Source of the DNA: Planctomycetota bacterium | GTDB taxonomy: Bacteria; Planctomycetota; B15-G4; JADJEK01 | Direction of reading: 5' to 3' | NCBI GenBank assembly: GCA_044225365.1 | Contig: JBGAIQ010000016.1 | Span: forward strand, 1-64,000 | Length of the DNA: 64,000 nt | Shown here: in pieces, positions 54,141 to 64,000 of the stretch | Numbering within the stretch: position 1 is the stretch's first letter | Layout: each line of letters opens with the position of its first letter | Notes under the pieces: generated by a model | Seen by the model: the letters and a program-made list of their open reading frames with translations, nothing else | What the model was told of the DNA's origin: nothing | Databases searched by the model: none | Made by a program: the position numbers and the translations under genes

Positions 54141-55085
54141 ATGAATACGAACTCGCTGCCACGCTCGTTGTTCCTGCTGTCGTGCTTCGTCCTGATGGGA
54201 GTCGCGGGAGCTCGAGCGACGGAGGATCCCAAGACTCCCGCGCCCGCCCTGCGCCACTCGTTCCTCACGATGGGGAGCAAGACGGCGATCGTCTCCGAGG
54301 ACGGCAAGATCGAATGGGAGTACACGCCGGGGACTCGCGACGGATTCGTGCTGCCCACGGGAAACGTGCTGCTTGCGTTCGCCGACCGCGTCGAGGAAGT
54401 CACGCGCGAGAAGAAGATCGTCTTCTCCTACAAGATCGACCCGAGCAATCAGGAGATCGGGACGACGCAGCGGCTCTACGACGGCAACACGCTCGTCACC
54501 GAGCTCGGCAAGAACCCGCGGCTCCTCGAAGTCGATCCCGCGGGCAAGGTCGTCCACCAGTTCGCCCTGCAACCGGAGACCGACAACGCGCACCTGCAGA
54601 CGCGCATGGCGCGACAACTCAAGAACGGCAACTTCCTCGTGCCGCACCTGCTCGCGTTCGCCGTGAAGGAGTACACGCCGGAGGGCGAGATCGTGCGCAC
54701 CTTCAAGAGCGACCTCCCCGAGGTCAACGGCCGCAAGGAGGAGAACTGGCCGTTCACCGCGATCCGCCTCGACGACGGCAACACGGTGTGCTCCTTGACG
54801 CACGGCAACAAGGTCGTCGAGCTCGATCCCAAGGGCGCGATCGTGTGGAAGATCACGAACGACGACGTCGGCGGCCTCTTCAAGGACTGCTGCGGCTGCC
54901 AGCGCCTCGCCAACGGCAACACGGTGATCGGCAGCCACGCCGCGAGCACGGGCACCTTCCTCGTCGAGGTGAATCGCGACAAGAAGATCGTGTGGACGAG
55001 CGAGCATCCCTACGCCGCGAACGTCCATCACTTCCAGATCCTGACGACGAACGGCAAGCCCGAGCCGGGCACACCTATGAAATGA
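54141..55085 (+). CDS. Secreted beta-propeller protein (PQQ-like / arylsulfotransferase-like repeats)
   Basis: Repeats RL.NGNT/LV...VE....GKIVW; signal peptide. Confidence 0.75.
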   Translation: MNTNSLPRSLFLLSCFVLMGVAGARATEDPKTPAPALRHSFLTMGSKTAIVSEDGKIEWEYTPGTRDGFVLPTGNVLLAFADRVEEVTREKKIVFSYKIDPSNQEIGTTQRLYDGNTLVTELGKNPRLLEVDPAGKVVHQFALQPETDNAHLQTRMARQLKNGNFLVPHLLAFAVKEYTPEGEIVRTFKSDLPEVNGRKEENWPFTAIRLDDGNTVCSLTHGNKVVELDPKGAIVWKITNDDVGGLFKDCCGCQRLANGNTVIGSHAASTGTFLVEVNRDKKIVWTSEHPYAANVHHFQILTTNGKPEPGTPMK

Positions 55086-55158
55086 TTCGTCGGGGCGGAC
55101 GGCTGTCCGCACGGCCTGATCCGCCCCCCGGCGCGCCCTGTTCGATGTGGAGGAAGGC

Positions 55159-55800
55159 ATGAAACTCGCTCCCGGAAGCATCGCTCTCGGTTTGGTCATC
55201 GGGATCGGCGGCGGACTCGTGGGTGGGCGGCTGATATCCGGTGGGGACGAGACTCCGGCCGCGGAATCGCCCGCGCTCGATCGCGATCGTCTCGCATCCA
55301 TCGAGAAGCAGCTCGGAGGTCTCGCCGTGCAGCTCCAGCGCGTCGAAACGACGCTCGCGGTGAAGCCTGAAGTCTCGCGCCAGGCTGTGACGGAGAAGAG
55401 CGACAAGCCCGACGATGTCTCCGTCCTGCTTCGACGCCTGCAGTCGATGATCGATGGACTTGCGGCGAAGACGGGCGCGGCCCCGTCGGGTCACATTCCT
55501 CTGGAGACGATTCTCCAGCGCGAGGACGCGCCCGCCGACTGGAACGAGATCCAGAAACTGATGAGCGAGGACACTCGGAACCGATTGAAGTTCAAGACCG
55601 AGGACGAAGTGCTGCGCTGTCTAGGGAAGCCGGACTCGGTCCTAACGGATGGACAGGGCAATGTCCTGTGGGACTATTCGCGACCGCTTTCGGAGGAACT
55701 GAAGCGCCAGTTCGGCGGATCCGTTAAGAGCAAGGAATTCGTGGAGGTCAGATGGACCGCCGGGCGAGTCGGATCGATCTCGTGGAACATCTTGAATTAG
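55159..55800 (+). CDS. Membrane-anchored hypothetical protein: TM, coiled coil, SmpA/BamE-like C-terminus
   Basis: SD GGAGG; N-terminal TM; TEDEVLRCLGKPD...WDY. Confidence 0.6.
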   Translation: MKLAPGSIALGLVIGIGGGLVGGRLISGGDETPAAESPALDRDRLASIEKQLGGLAVQLQRVETTLAVKPEVSRQAVTEKSDKPDDVSVLLRRLQSMIDGLAAKTGAAPSGHIPLETILQREDAPADWNEIQKLMSEDTRNRLKFKTEDEVLRCLGKPDSVLTDGQGNVLWDYSRPLSEELKRQFGGSVKSKEFVEVRWTAGRVGSISWNILN

Positions 55801-55900
55801 CGAGGTCGCGAAGTCGTACGGACGTGCCGAGTCACCTACCCGAATCGACCTCGCTCCTTGGCCGCCCGTTCGAACACGTCGCGGCGAGCTTCGCGGCGCA

Positions 55901-57190
55901 TCAGTATCGTCCGCGCTCGAGCGCGGCGGTCGCATCACGGAAGTGGAGCGCGTTTTCACGGACCCTGGGACTTTCGTCCTGGGCGAGCGTCTCGATCAGC
56001 CCGCAGAAATCGGGGTCGACGAAGATCTTCCCGTCGCGCCCGAACCGCCAGTGAGGCCATGCGACCACGAGCAAGGCGACGGCATCTGCGCGCAGTCGTT
56101 CGTCGGAGAATCGAGGGATCTGCCGACACGACGCCCGCATCTCCGATTCGAGGAGCTGGGAGCACGCGGTCACATCGCGGTCCATCACGAGCCTCTCCGC
56201 GAGTTGGCAGAGCGCCAGGAATCGCGCCTCGGCGGAGACGGACCTCAATAGGACGAGATCGGAATCGATGTCGCGCCCGCTCTTCACCGCGCTGATCAAG
56301 GGCAGCGCGAGATAGTCGGCCTGGACTTCGGGATCGCCTTCGAACGAAAGGCCGGTCTGCATTGCAAAGGCCTCGAAGCGCTGGCGGTCGGCGATGAGTA
56401 GATCCGCGGTTTTCAGGAATCGACGACAGAGTGCGAGCGCCTGGTGCGCGTTGGACTTTTCGATGGCGTCCTTCGGTAGCGGGATCCGGAACAGGACCGC
56501 ATCGAGGAACTCGAGGCCGAACTTTTGCGACATTTCGCAGCAGGCCTGGGAAGCATCGAGGCCCGTGTCGCGGCGAACGATCGCGGAGTAGATGGCGGCC
56601 CGCACGGTCGGTTCGTCCGCCACGCGGAGTCGCGCCGCGACCTGCAGGAACGCGCGTTGACTCTCGACGGATAGGGAATCGAATCGTTGCGCGAGCGCGA
56701 GAAATCCGGGCACCACCTCCTCGCGCGGGAGTCGCGCGATTTCGTCGCCCGTGGAATAGCCGTTCGCTCCCCGCTCCAGTCCGGCGAGGAGTATCGCCGC
56801 GCGATCGGCGGACGACGGTTCTTCGACGTGGGGGATGGCGGCGGGAGCCGGTTCCGGAACGACGACCGGATCGTCGTCGGACTCGTCCCCGTCGACGATC
56901 TCGTCGCTCTCCGGCTCCTCCACCTTCTCGGACCTTGGCGGTGGATCGTCCTGCAGCACGTCGTCCACGATTCTCGGATCGTAGAAGGCTTCACCCGAGC
57001 GATAGACGTCATGGAACTGCGACTCGGGGATCTGCGATGGCGCTGGCCCCTTGCCCCAGCCTCCGGCGCCATCTCCCAGCTCGCCGCGATCGAGCGGCGT
57101 GGTCGTGCCTTCCGGTGCGCCGCATCCGTGCACGGTCATCGCGGCCAGGAACAAGGGCAACGAGCGCGCCGCGATGACTCGAATCGACAC
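55901..57190 (-). CDS. Hypothetical lipoprotein with acidic linker and HEAT-like repeats
   Basis: GTG start after GGGAG; VHGC lipobox-like; LAQDESPRVRENA. Confidence 0.6.
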   Translation of the reverse strand: MSIRVIAARSLPLFLAAMTVHGCGAPEGTTTPLDRGELGDGAGGWGKGPAPSQIPESQFHDVYRSGEAFYDPRIVDDVLQDDPPPRSEKVEEPESDEIVDGDESDDDPVVVPEPAPAAIPHVEEPSSADRAAILLAGLERGANGYSTGDEIARLPREEVVPGFLALAQRFDSLSVESQRAFLQVAARLRVADEPTVRAAIYSAIVRRDTGLDASQACCEMSQKFGLEFLDAVLFRIPLPKDAIEKSNAHQALALCRRFLKTADLLIADRQRFEAFAMQTGLSFEGDPEVQADYLALPLISAVKSGRDIDSDLVLLRSVSAEARFLALCQLAERLVMDRDVTACSQLLESEMRASCRQIPRFSDERLRADAVALLVVAWPHWRFGRDGKIFVDPDFCGLIETLAQDESPRVRENALHFRDATAALERGRY

Positions 57191-57315
57191 TTGTTCTCCC
57201 TGTTTCGACCGCATCGTAAGCGCGGTCAATCTCGCCTGCTCCTCAGAATCTCTCTCGCACTTCCCCCGCATTCATGGGAACCTGTGGGGATGCACCTCCT
57301 ACCCCGAAAGCCTTG

Positions 57316-59145
57316 ATGTCCACTTCCGAAGAAACGCCCGCCGCGCCCGCGGCACTGGGCTTTGCGGCCCTCGGCGTTGCGCCCGAGCTCGTCTCCACGT
57401 TGACCGCCCTCGGCTACGAGGAGCCGACGCCGATCCAGGGCCAGGCGATTCCGCCGTTCCTCGAGGGGCGCGACGTGCTGGGGCAGGCGGGGACCGGGAC
57501 CGGCAAGACGGCCGCGTTCGCCCTCCCGCTCTTGCAGCGCCTGCCGAAAGACGAGCCGAAGAAGGGCTGTCCGCAGGCGATCGTGCTCGTTCCCACGCGG
57601 GAGCTCGCGATGCAGGTGGCGGAGGCGATCCACAAATATGGGCGCGAGAAGAAGGTCAGCGTGCTGCCGATCTACGGCGGGCAATCGATGATCCAGCAGT
57701 TGCGAGTGCTTGATCGCGGAGTGCGGATCGTGGTGGCGACGCCCGGCCGCGCACTCGATCACTTGACGCGCGGATCGCTCGATCTCTCGGCAGTGAAGAC
57801 GATCGTGCTCGACGAAGCCGACGAGATGCTCGACATGGGCTTCGCCGAGGACATCGACGCGATCTTCGAGAAGACACCGCGCGACCGCCAGACCGCGCTC
57901 TTCTCCGCGACGCTGCCGCCGCGAATCCTGTCGATCGCGAACCGCCATCTGAAGAACCCGGTCACGATCTCGATCGCGCGCGAGAAGACGAAGGCCGGCG
58001 AGGCGCCGCGAGTGAGTCACGTCGTGTACATCGTGCCGCGCGCGCACAAGCATACGGCGCTCGGCCGCGTGCTCGACATGGAGGCGCCCACGTCGGCGAT
58101 CGTGTTCTGCCGCACGCGCATCGAGGTCGACGAGCTCACCGAGGCCATGAACGGGCGCGGGTTCCGCGCCGAGGCGCTGCACGGCGGATTCGCGCAGGAG
58201 CAGCGTGATCGCGTGATGAAGCGATTCCGCGGCGGTCAGTCCGAGCTGCTGATCGCGACCGATGTCGCCGCGCGCGGCCTCGACATCGAGCACATCTCGC
58301 ACGTCGTCAACTACGACGTGCCCTCCGAGCCGGACATCTACATCCATCGCATCGGCCGCACCGGCCGCGCGGGTCGCGAAGGCGTGGCGATCACGTTCGT
58401 CGAGCCGCGCGAGCATCGGATGGTGAAGAACATCCAGAACCTGATGCAGCAGAAGATCGTCGTCGCGACGATCCCGACGGTCGCCGATCTGCGGCAGCGC
58501 CGGCTCGAGCTGACGCGCACCGCGTTGCGCGAGGCGATCGTCGCCGGGAACCTCGATGTCTTCCGCAGCGCGATCGCGGAGCTCGCCTCGGAGTTCGATC
58601 CGATGGACGTCGCCGCCGCGGCGATGAAGCTCGCGCACGAGGCGAGCCACGAGGAGTCCGAGGCCCAGAAGGACGAGCAGGACGTCCCGCTCCAGGAGTT
58701 CGCGCACCATCCGGGGCCGCCGGACGGAGATCGGTCGCGGCCGCGCGACTTCGGGGGAAAGTCGTTCCGCAAGAAGCCGGAATGGGAGACCGCGCGCATC
58801 TTCATCGGTGCGGGCCGCAACGAAGGGCTCCGCCCGGGCGATCTCGTCGGCGCGATCGCGAACGAATCCGGTCTCGTCGGCAAGGAGATCGGGATCCTCG
58901 AGATCGCCGATCGGTTCGCCATCGTCGAGGTCCCGGCCGCGAAGGCCGAGGACGTGATCCGCGCGCTGAAGCGCACCAAATTGCGCGGGAAGCAGCCGAC
59001 GATCCGTTTCGATCGTGGACCTGCGTATCCACCGAGTCGCGCTCCGGGTCGCTCCTTGCCGCCGGGCGACAAGAAGGGCGGGGGCGGCCTCGAGCCGGCA
59101 CCCCGCCCCAAATTCTCGTCGAAGAAACGCTTCAAGTCCGAGTGA
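57316..59145 (+). CDS. deaD: DEAD-box RNA helicase with DbpA RNA-binding domain (DeaD/CsdA-like)
   Basis: Q motif PTPIQ, GTGKT, PTRELA, DEAD, SAT, ARGLD, HRIGRTGRAG; C-terminal IGAGR..GLRPGDLVGAIANE. Confidence 0.9.
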   Translation: MSTSEETPAAPAALGFAALGVAPELVSTLTALGYEEPTPIQGQAIPPFLEGRDVLGQAGTGTGKTAAFALPLLQRLPKDEPKKGCPQAIVLVPTRELAMQVAEAIHKYGREKKVSVLPIYGGQSMIQQLRVLDRGVRIVVATPGRALDHLTRGSLDLSAVKTIVLDEADEMLDMGFAEDIDAIFEKTPRDRQTALFSATLPPRILSIANRHLKNPVTISIAREKTKAGEAPRVSHVVYIVPRAHKHTALGRVLDMEAPTSAIVFCRTRIEVDELTEAMNGRGFRAEALHGGFAQEQRDRVMKRFRGGQSELLIATDVAARGLDIEHISHVVNYDVPSEPDIYIHRIGRTGRAGREGVAITFVEPREHRMVKNIQNLMQQKIVVATIPTVADLRQRRLELTRTALREAIVAGNLDVFRSAIAELASEFDPMDVAAAAMKLAHEASHEESEAQKDEQDVPLQEFAHHPGPPDGDRSRPRDFGGKSFRKKPEWETARIFIGAGRNEGLRPGDLVGAIANESGLVGKEIGILEIADRFAIVEVPAAKAEDVIRALKRTKLRGKQPTIRFDRGPAYPPSRAPGRSLPPGDKKGGGGLEPAPRPKFSSKKRFKSE

Positions 59146-59148
59146 GCC

Positions 59149-62100
59149 TCACTTGAACGGCTTGGTCTCGGCGTCGATCGAGCGCAGGAACGCGATCAGG
59201 TTCGCGCGCTGCGTCGGGTCCGCGACGAAGTGGTGGCGCGTTCCGCCGTTGTTGTCGAGCGATCCGTCGAGCACCGCGTCGAGCGTGGTGGCGAGCCCGC
59301 TGTAGAAGTACGGACCCGTCTCGTTCACCGACAGCAGGGACGGGATGTTGAAGCCGTTCGCACCGAGCGGCGCGATCGCCTGCGAGATGTCCGCCGCGTT
59401 GAAGCGGATCTCGTTGGTGCGACCCGTCGTGGTGAACGTGCCCACGTTGTTGAGGACGTTCGGTCCCTGCTTCTTGGTCTGGCGCAGCTCGGCGCCGATG
59501 ACGCGCTCGTTGCCGAACCCGAGCCCGATCTCCGGCGACGGCGGCTGCGCGTAATCGACGGTCGATCGCGTCCACTTCGCGCCGCCGTGGCAAGTGCTAC
59601 AGCTCACGCCGGGGACGATGAGTCCTTCCTGCTGGAAGAGGGTCTTGCCGGCGAGGACGTTCAGGTCGTCCTGCGCGAGCGGGGCTCGCGCGGGGCGGAC
59701 CTTCGCCGCGATCCACTTCGAGATCGCGTCGGCGCGCGCGTCGCGGCCGCTGTTCTTGGCGGTGAGGAAATTCGTCACGCCGGGCGGGCTCGAGAGCTGC
59801 AATCCGCGGCGGCCTTCGAACAGATTGCCCTTCAGCACCCAGCTCCCGCTCGGCGTGCCGGCGGGACCGGCGACGGCGCCGTTGTTGTTGATCGTGTATT
59901 CGAAGATCGTGCCGAATTCCGTGCCCGTCCCGTCGACTCCACCGACGACGTAGATCTGGTTCGTCGAGGTGGTGGCCGCGATGCCGAATTGCGCGCGCGC
60001 CGCGGGCATCGCAGTGTGGGTCGTCGCGACGAGCGTGACGGCCTGTGCGAGATACTCCTCGACGGTGTCGAGGACCGTGCCCGCCGCGTTCACGCCGCCG
60101 ACGACGAACACGCGGGACGAAGCTCCCCGCAGTGCGGTCGCCGAGCCGTGGCTGCGGCGCAATGTGAGGCCCGCTGGATTGAAGCCCGTCCACGTGCCGG
60201 GTCCGACCGGGTCGGCCTGGAAGCGTTGGACCGGGTTGGTGTTCGTCAACGACGGCGTACCTTCGGAACCCGTGTTGCCCGACACGACGTGGACGAGCTG
60301 CAGCGGTTCTGCGGTGTTGATGCCGCCCGCGACCGTGATGCCGAACTGAGCGACGGCGGTGGGGAGCGAGGCGACCGTGCGCCAGGTGTTGGAATCGGGA
60401 TCGTATTCCTCGACGGTGTTCACGGGGCTCGCGGACGAGCTCGTGCTCGAATAGCCGCCGATGACGTAGATGCGCGGGCCGGCGGCCGTCTCGACGACGG
60501 CAGCGCCGAGCGAATGGCGCGGCGTGAAGCCGGACGTGCTCTTGTTCTTGTACTTGTTCTTGCGCGGATTGAACTCGACGACGGCGCCCGTTCCGGTGAC
60601 GAGCGAGCCGTTGCCGCTGCCGGCGCGGCCGCCGAACAGGAACACGCGATCATCGGTCAGCGTCGCCGTCGCGAAATCACGGCGCGCGATCGCGAGGTTC
60701 GCGAGGGCAGCGTCGTCCTTCAGCGAATTGCTGTTCGTGACCGTGCCCGTCGACTGATCGAACTGCTCGACGCCGCCGAAATCGGTGGGGCCGGCCCCGA
60801 ACGCTCCGCCGAGCGCAAGGAACAACCGATCGTCCTCGATCAGTCCGCGGCCGCCGAACACGCCGCGCGTGTTGAGCTCGAAGTCTTGGTTCTCGTCGCG
60901 AACACCGCTCCAGTTGAGGATGCGCTGCTTGCTGTCCTTGAACTCGGGGAACATGCCGTCGAGCGCGATCGTCTGGCGCGGGCCGGTGTCGAACATCCAG
61001 GTCACGTTGTCGCTGCGGCCGTTCGGGTGACAAACGATGCAGCCGCCCCAGGCCTCGGCCGACATCCGATCCTCGGGACCGCGACCGGCGTAGAACAGCT
61101 CCTGCCCGAGGGCGATGACGGCGTCATCCGTTCCTGCCTTCGGCAGCTTCTGGGACTTCGCGGTCGAGAGCAGCGTGGGCGCCGTCGCGTTGCCGATGTC
61201 GATCACCGACACCGAGCGGCTCACGAGGTTGGACACGTAGGCGCGAGTACCCGCGCCGTTGAGCACGATGCCGTGGGGCGCCTTGCCTGCGATCTGCGTG
61301 CCCGTGACGGCTTCGAGATCGACGCGGACGATCGAACTCGGTCCGGCGACGAGCGGAGCTCCGATCGTCGGTACTCCGTTCGCATCGACGGTGATGCGGA
61401 CGATCACGTTCGCCTGCTGCACGGCGACCCATGCATCCGAGCCGTCGGCGCGCCACGCGATCGCCACGGGATTGGTGAGGAAGAGGCGCGGCGCCGGAGT
61501 GGTCGCGAGGTTGATCCCCTGATTGAGATTGAGCGGAGCAGTGCGCCTCACATTGGGATCGGTCTGGGTCGCGGTGATCTCGAGGCGCGTCGACGTGTTG
61601 AAGACCGAGAGCAGTCCCTGCGCCATCGAGTTGAAGCGCAGAGGTCCATTCGGCGAAGCGCCGGTGGAGACGACGTACGCGAAATTTGCGCCCGGCTGGA
61701 TCGCGATCGCCGCGAGCTGGTTCGGGAACGCGCCGGTCGGCGTGGTGAAGGTCTGAGGATTCGTCGAAGCGACGGCAGGAGTCGTCCCGCTCGCCGGCGC
61801 GAGCTTGCCGTTCGAGTTGAACCCGGTGCTCGCCATGGGGGCGAGGAGGATCGGATTCGGCGCAGAGAGCACGCCGTTCGTCGCCGCGGAGATCGCGATG
61901 ACGCGGCCCTCCTTCGCATCGTCCTGACCTTCGTCGAGCGAAGTCTTCCCGCTTCGCAGCTCCGCGAAGAACAGCGGGACGTAGAGCGTCTCGTCGGTGT
62001 CGTCGGCGTCACCGTCGTTGGTCATCGTCATGCTGCGCGGGGACGTACCGAACGTCGCGAGATCGACGACGCCGACGATCGTGGGGATCGTGGCCGCCGC

Positions 62101-62562
62101 ATTGAACACGAGTACGTCGTTCGCGGTCGCGCACGCGACGTACAGGCGGGTGCCGTTGGGCGAGAGGAGTACCGCGGTCGGCTCGCTGCCGACCGAGAGC
62201 TTCGTGACCACCTTCTCGTGGACGAGGTCGACGACGGCGACCTGACCGTCGAGGGAGAGAGAGACGAACGCGCGCGCCGCGGTTGGATCGATCGCGACGC
62301 TCGACGGTTCGCCGCCGACTTTCAGCGAGAAGCGTTTCTTCAACTCGTTCCCGACCACGTCGAACGCGGTGATCGAACCGCCGTCCGGGTTCACGTTGAC
62401 GACGAGCGAGTCGTCGTGGCTGATCGCGATCGGGCTCGATTGCGGCTGGATCGGCAGCGCGACGCCCGCGTGCGCCGAGTGATCGAGGAAGGGAGATGCA
62501 AGCGCCGCGGCGGCCGCGACGACGGAATGGGCCACGGAACGGGTCATCGGCTTACTTTGCAT
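59149..62562 (-). CDS. Secreted YVTN beta-propeller plus di-heme cytochrome c (CCP/MauG-like) with inserted Kelch domain
   Basis: YVSNL/LYVA propeller repeats; CIVCH and CSTCH; Kelch repeats (IYVIGG...VEEYDP..NTW); C-terminal [13 protein letters not shown]...LIAFLRSID. Confidence 0.85.
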   Translation of the reverse strand: MQSKPMTRSVAHSVVAAAAALASPFLDHSAHAGVALPIQPQSSPIAISHDDSLVVNVNPDGGSITAFDVVGNELKKRFSLKVGGEPSSVAIDPTAARAFVSLSLDGQVAVVDLVHEKVVTKLSVGSEPTAVLLSPNGTRLYVACATANDVLVFNAAATIPTIVGVVDLATFGTSPRSMTMTNDGDADDTDETLYVPLFFAELRSGKTSLDEGQDDAKEGRVIAISAATNGVLSAPNPILLAPMASTGFNSNGKLAPASGTTPAVASTNPQTFTTPTGAFPNQLAAIAIQPGANFAYVVSTGASPNGPLRFNSMAQGLLSVFNTSTRLEITATQTDPNVRRTAPLNLNQGINLATTPAPRLFLTNPVAIAWRADGSDAWVAVQQANVIVRITVDANGVPTIGAPLVAGPSSIVRVDLEAVTGTQIAGKAPHGIVLNGAGTRAYVSNLVSRSVSVIDIGNATAPTLLSTAKSQKLPKAGTDDAVIALGQELFYAGRGPEDRMSAEAWGGCIVCHPNGRSDNVTWMFDTGPRQTIALDGMFPEFKDSKQRILNWSGVRDENQDFELNTRGVFGGRGLIEDDRLFLALGGAFGAGPTDFGGVEQFDQSTGTVTNSNSLKDDAALANLAIARRDFATATLTDDRVFLFGGRAGSGNGSLVTGTGAVVEFNPRKNKYKNKSTSGFTPRHSLGAAVVETAAGPRIYVIGGYSSTSSSASPVNTVEEYDPDSNTWRTVASLPTAVAQFGITVAGGINTAEPLQLVHVVSGNTGSEGTPSLTNTNPVQRFQADPVGPGTWTGFNPAGLTLRRSHGSATALRGASSRVFVVGGVNAAGTVLDTVEEYLAQAVTLVATTHTAMPAARAQFGIAATTSTNQIYVVGGVDGTGTEFGTIFEYTINNNGAVAGPAGTPSGSWVLKGNLFEGRRGLQLSSPPGVTNFLTAKNSGRDARADAISKWIAAKVRPARAPLAQDDLNVLAGKTLFQQEGLIVPGVSCSTCHGGAKWTRSTVDYAQPPSPEIGLGFGNERVIGAELRQTKKQGPNVLNNVGTFTTTGRTNEIRFNAADISQAIAPLGANGFNIPSLLSVNETGPYFYSGLATTLDAVLDGSLDNNGGTRHHFVADPTQRANLIAFLRSIDAETKPFK

Positions 62563-62787
62563 GGGTTCTCCGGTTTCTCTAGGTCCTGCAACTCGGTCGG
62601 ATCGGCGGAGGATTCCGCGAGCGACCCGCTGGGTTCGGATGGACGGAGAGACGCAATCCGTGCGGGTTGCCGACACCCTGGAGCACGATTCCGTGGGACT
62701 TTCTCACCCGTCGTCGAGAAGAGAACGAGTCGATCGATCTCGAGCGAACAACCGTCCCGCGAGAATGGGTCATCCTTTTCCGCGTGC

Positions 62788-62816
62788 TTGCCCCTCGTCC
62801 TGGCTCGGCGTATCCT
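62788..62816 (+). promoter_or_regulatory. Putative sigma70 promoter for the downstream DUF1501 gene
   Basis: TTGCCC-N17-TATCCT about 50 nt upstream of ATG 62866. Confidence 0.5.
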
Positions 62817-62865
62817 CGAAACGAACCGTTCGGCCTCGTACCGTCCCGCAAACGCAGGAGAACGC

Positions 62866-64000
62866 ATGGAACGATCGGACTCGAACCGAAATCCTCGCGG
62901 CGGGGTCTCCAGGCGAGAGATCCTGCGGATCGGTGGAGGCTCGCTCCTTGGAATGGGCGGACTCGGTGGGCTCTCGCTCTCCTCGCTGCTTCGCGCCGAA
63001 GCCCTCGCGAGGGAGGCGCCCGCGATGCCGAAGACGTTCGGCGCCGCGAAGAACCTGATCCTCGTCTTCCTTCAAGGGGGGCCGAGCCATCTCGATCTGT
63101 GGGATCCGAAGGACAACGTTCCCGACGACGTCAGGAGCGTTTTCAAGACGATTCCGGCGAAGGTTCCTGGGATGGAGGTCACCGAACTCCTCCCCAAGCT
63201 CGCGCAGGTGACGGACAAGCTGACCTTCATCCGATCGATGAGCTACTCCCCGGTCGGACTCTTCAATCACACCGCGGCGCATTATCAGATGTTGACCGGG
63301 TGGACCGCCGACAAGGTGAGTCCGTCGGGTCAGCTCGATCCACCGTCGCCCAAGGACTTCCCGAACCTCGGCAGCAACATCATCCGCTTGCGCCCTCCCG
63401 AGGTCCCGATGCTCTCCTTCGTGATGATGCCGCGGCCACTGCAGGAGAGCAACGTCATCGGCAAGGCCGGAACGGCGGGCTTCCTCGGTCGCGAGTTCGA
63501 CCCCTACACCCTGTACCCGGCGGGCGACGATCTCGACAACGCCAAGATGGACCACGTCAAGGCCGAGGATCTCGAACTTCGACCCGAGGTCTCGGTCGAT
63601 CGCCTCGAACGGCGCGCGAAGCTACGGGAATCGATCGACGCCGCGATGCCGGCGATCGATCGTGCGGTGAAGTCGTACGACCTCGACAAGTACGAAGAGA
63701 AGGCGCTCGGGCTCGTGCTCTCCGGACGGGCGCGCAAGGCGTTCGATCTCGAGAACGAGTCGGCCGCATTGCGCGACCGCTACGGGCGCACGACGTTCGG
63801 GCAATCCCTCCTCCTCGCGCGCCGATTCATCGAGGCGGGCACCCGCGTCGTCCAGGTGAACTGGCCGAAGGTCGCGAATTCGGACCTTCACTCCTGGGAC
63901 ATGCACACCGGACTCGTCGAGCGGATCCGGGATCGCGCGGCGCCGATGTTCGACCCGGCGTTCTCGACGTTCATCACGGATCTCGACGAGCGCGGCCTCT
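62866..64000 (+). CDS. DUF1501 family protein (planctomycete type), truncated by the window end; absent from the ORF track
   Basis: SD AGGAG; manual translation [24 protein letters not shown]...[21 protein letters not shown]...[20 protein letters not shown]...SWDMH. Confidence 0.92.
   Translation, partial: MERSDSNRNPRGGVSRREILRIGGGSLLGMGGLGGLSLSSLLRAEALAREAPAMPKTFGAAKNLILVFLQGGPSHLDLWDPKDNVPDDVRSVFKTIPAKVPGMEVTELLPKLAQVTDKLTFIRSMSYSPVGLFNHTAAHYQMLTGWTADKVSPSGQLDPPSPKDFPNLGSNIIRLRPPEVPMLSFVMMPRPLQESNVIGKAGTAGFLGREFDPYTLYPAGDDLDNAKMDHVKAEDLELRPEVSVDRLERRAKLRESIDAAMPAIDRAVKSYDLDKYEEKALGLVLSGRARKAFDLENESAALRDRYGRTTFGQSLLLARRFIEAGTRVVQVNWPKVANSDLHSWDMHTGLVERIRDRAAPMFDPAFSTFITDLDERGL

Overview
High-GC bacterial chromosomal window (GC judged by eye, not computed). 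It most likely comes from a planctomycete; this is inferred from two DUF1501 genes, DUF1800, CRTAC1/ASPIC-UnbV, FG-GAP proteins, Tat-exported sugar enzymes and a di-heme oxidoreductase. The window opens on the last 81 nt of a class IIC group II intron (domains V and VI). About 40 protein genes follow: galM and a Hyi-family isomerase; a MacAB/TolC-type tripartite exporter operon headed by a Cys-rich small ORF; a DnaJ-type chaperone; a glutamate/dicarboxylate symporter; dispersed envelope-glycan tailoring genes (GT2, HTTM-like, two asnB paralogs, an AsnB-like protein, a GT-C, a sugar-transfer ATP-grasp, a methyltransferase); a tandem pair of H-NS-like/winged-helix proteins; many secreted proteins (vanadium haloperoxidase with a CRTAC1-dockerin neighbour, YVTN/phosphoesterase, di-heme proteins); and a DeaD helicase. 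Non-coding structure includes a GGAC-type REP family, a ~1.1 kb foldback element and a 58-nt covarying hairpin present twice. The best candidates for novelty are: (i) a recurrent ~120-aa terminal beta domain on four unrelated secreted proteins, a possible sorting or anchoring signal; (ii) the foldback/REP/hairpin element family; (iii) a Kelch propeller inserted inside a di-heme cytochrome c domain; (iv) the AT-hook nucleoid protein pair. All family assignments come from motif recognition by eye; no database searches were run. Start codons were re-chosen where the ORF track overextends.
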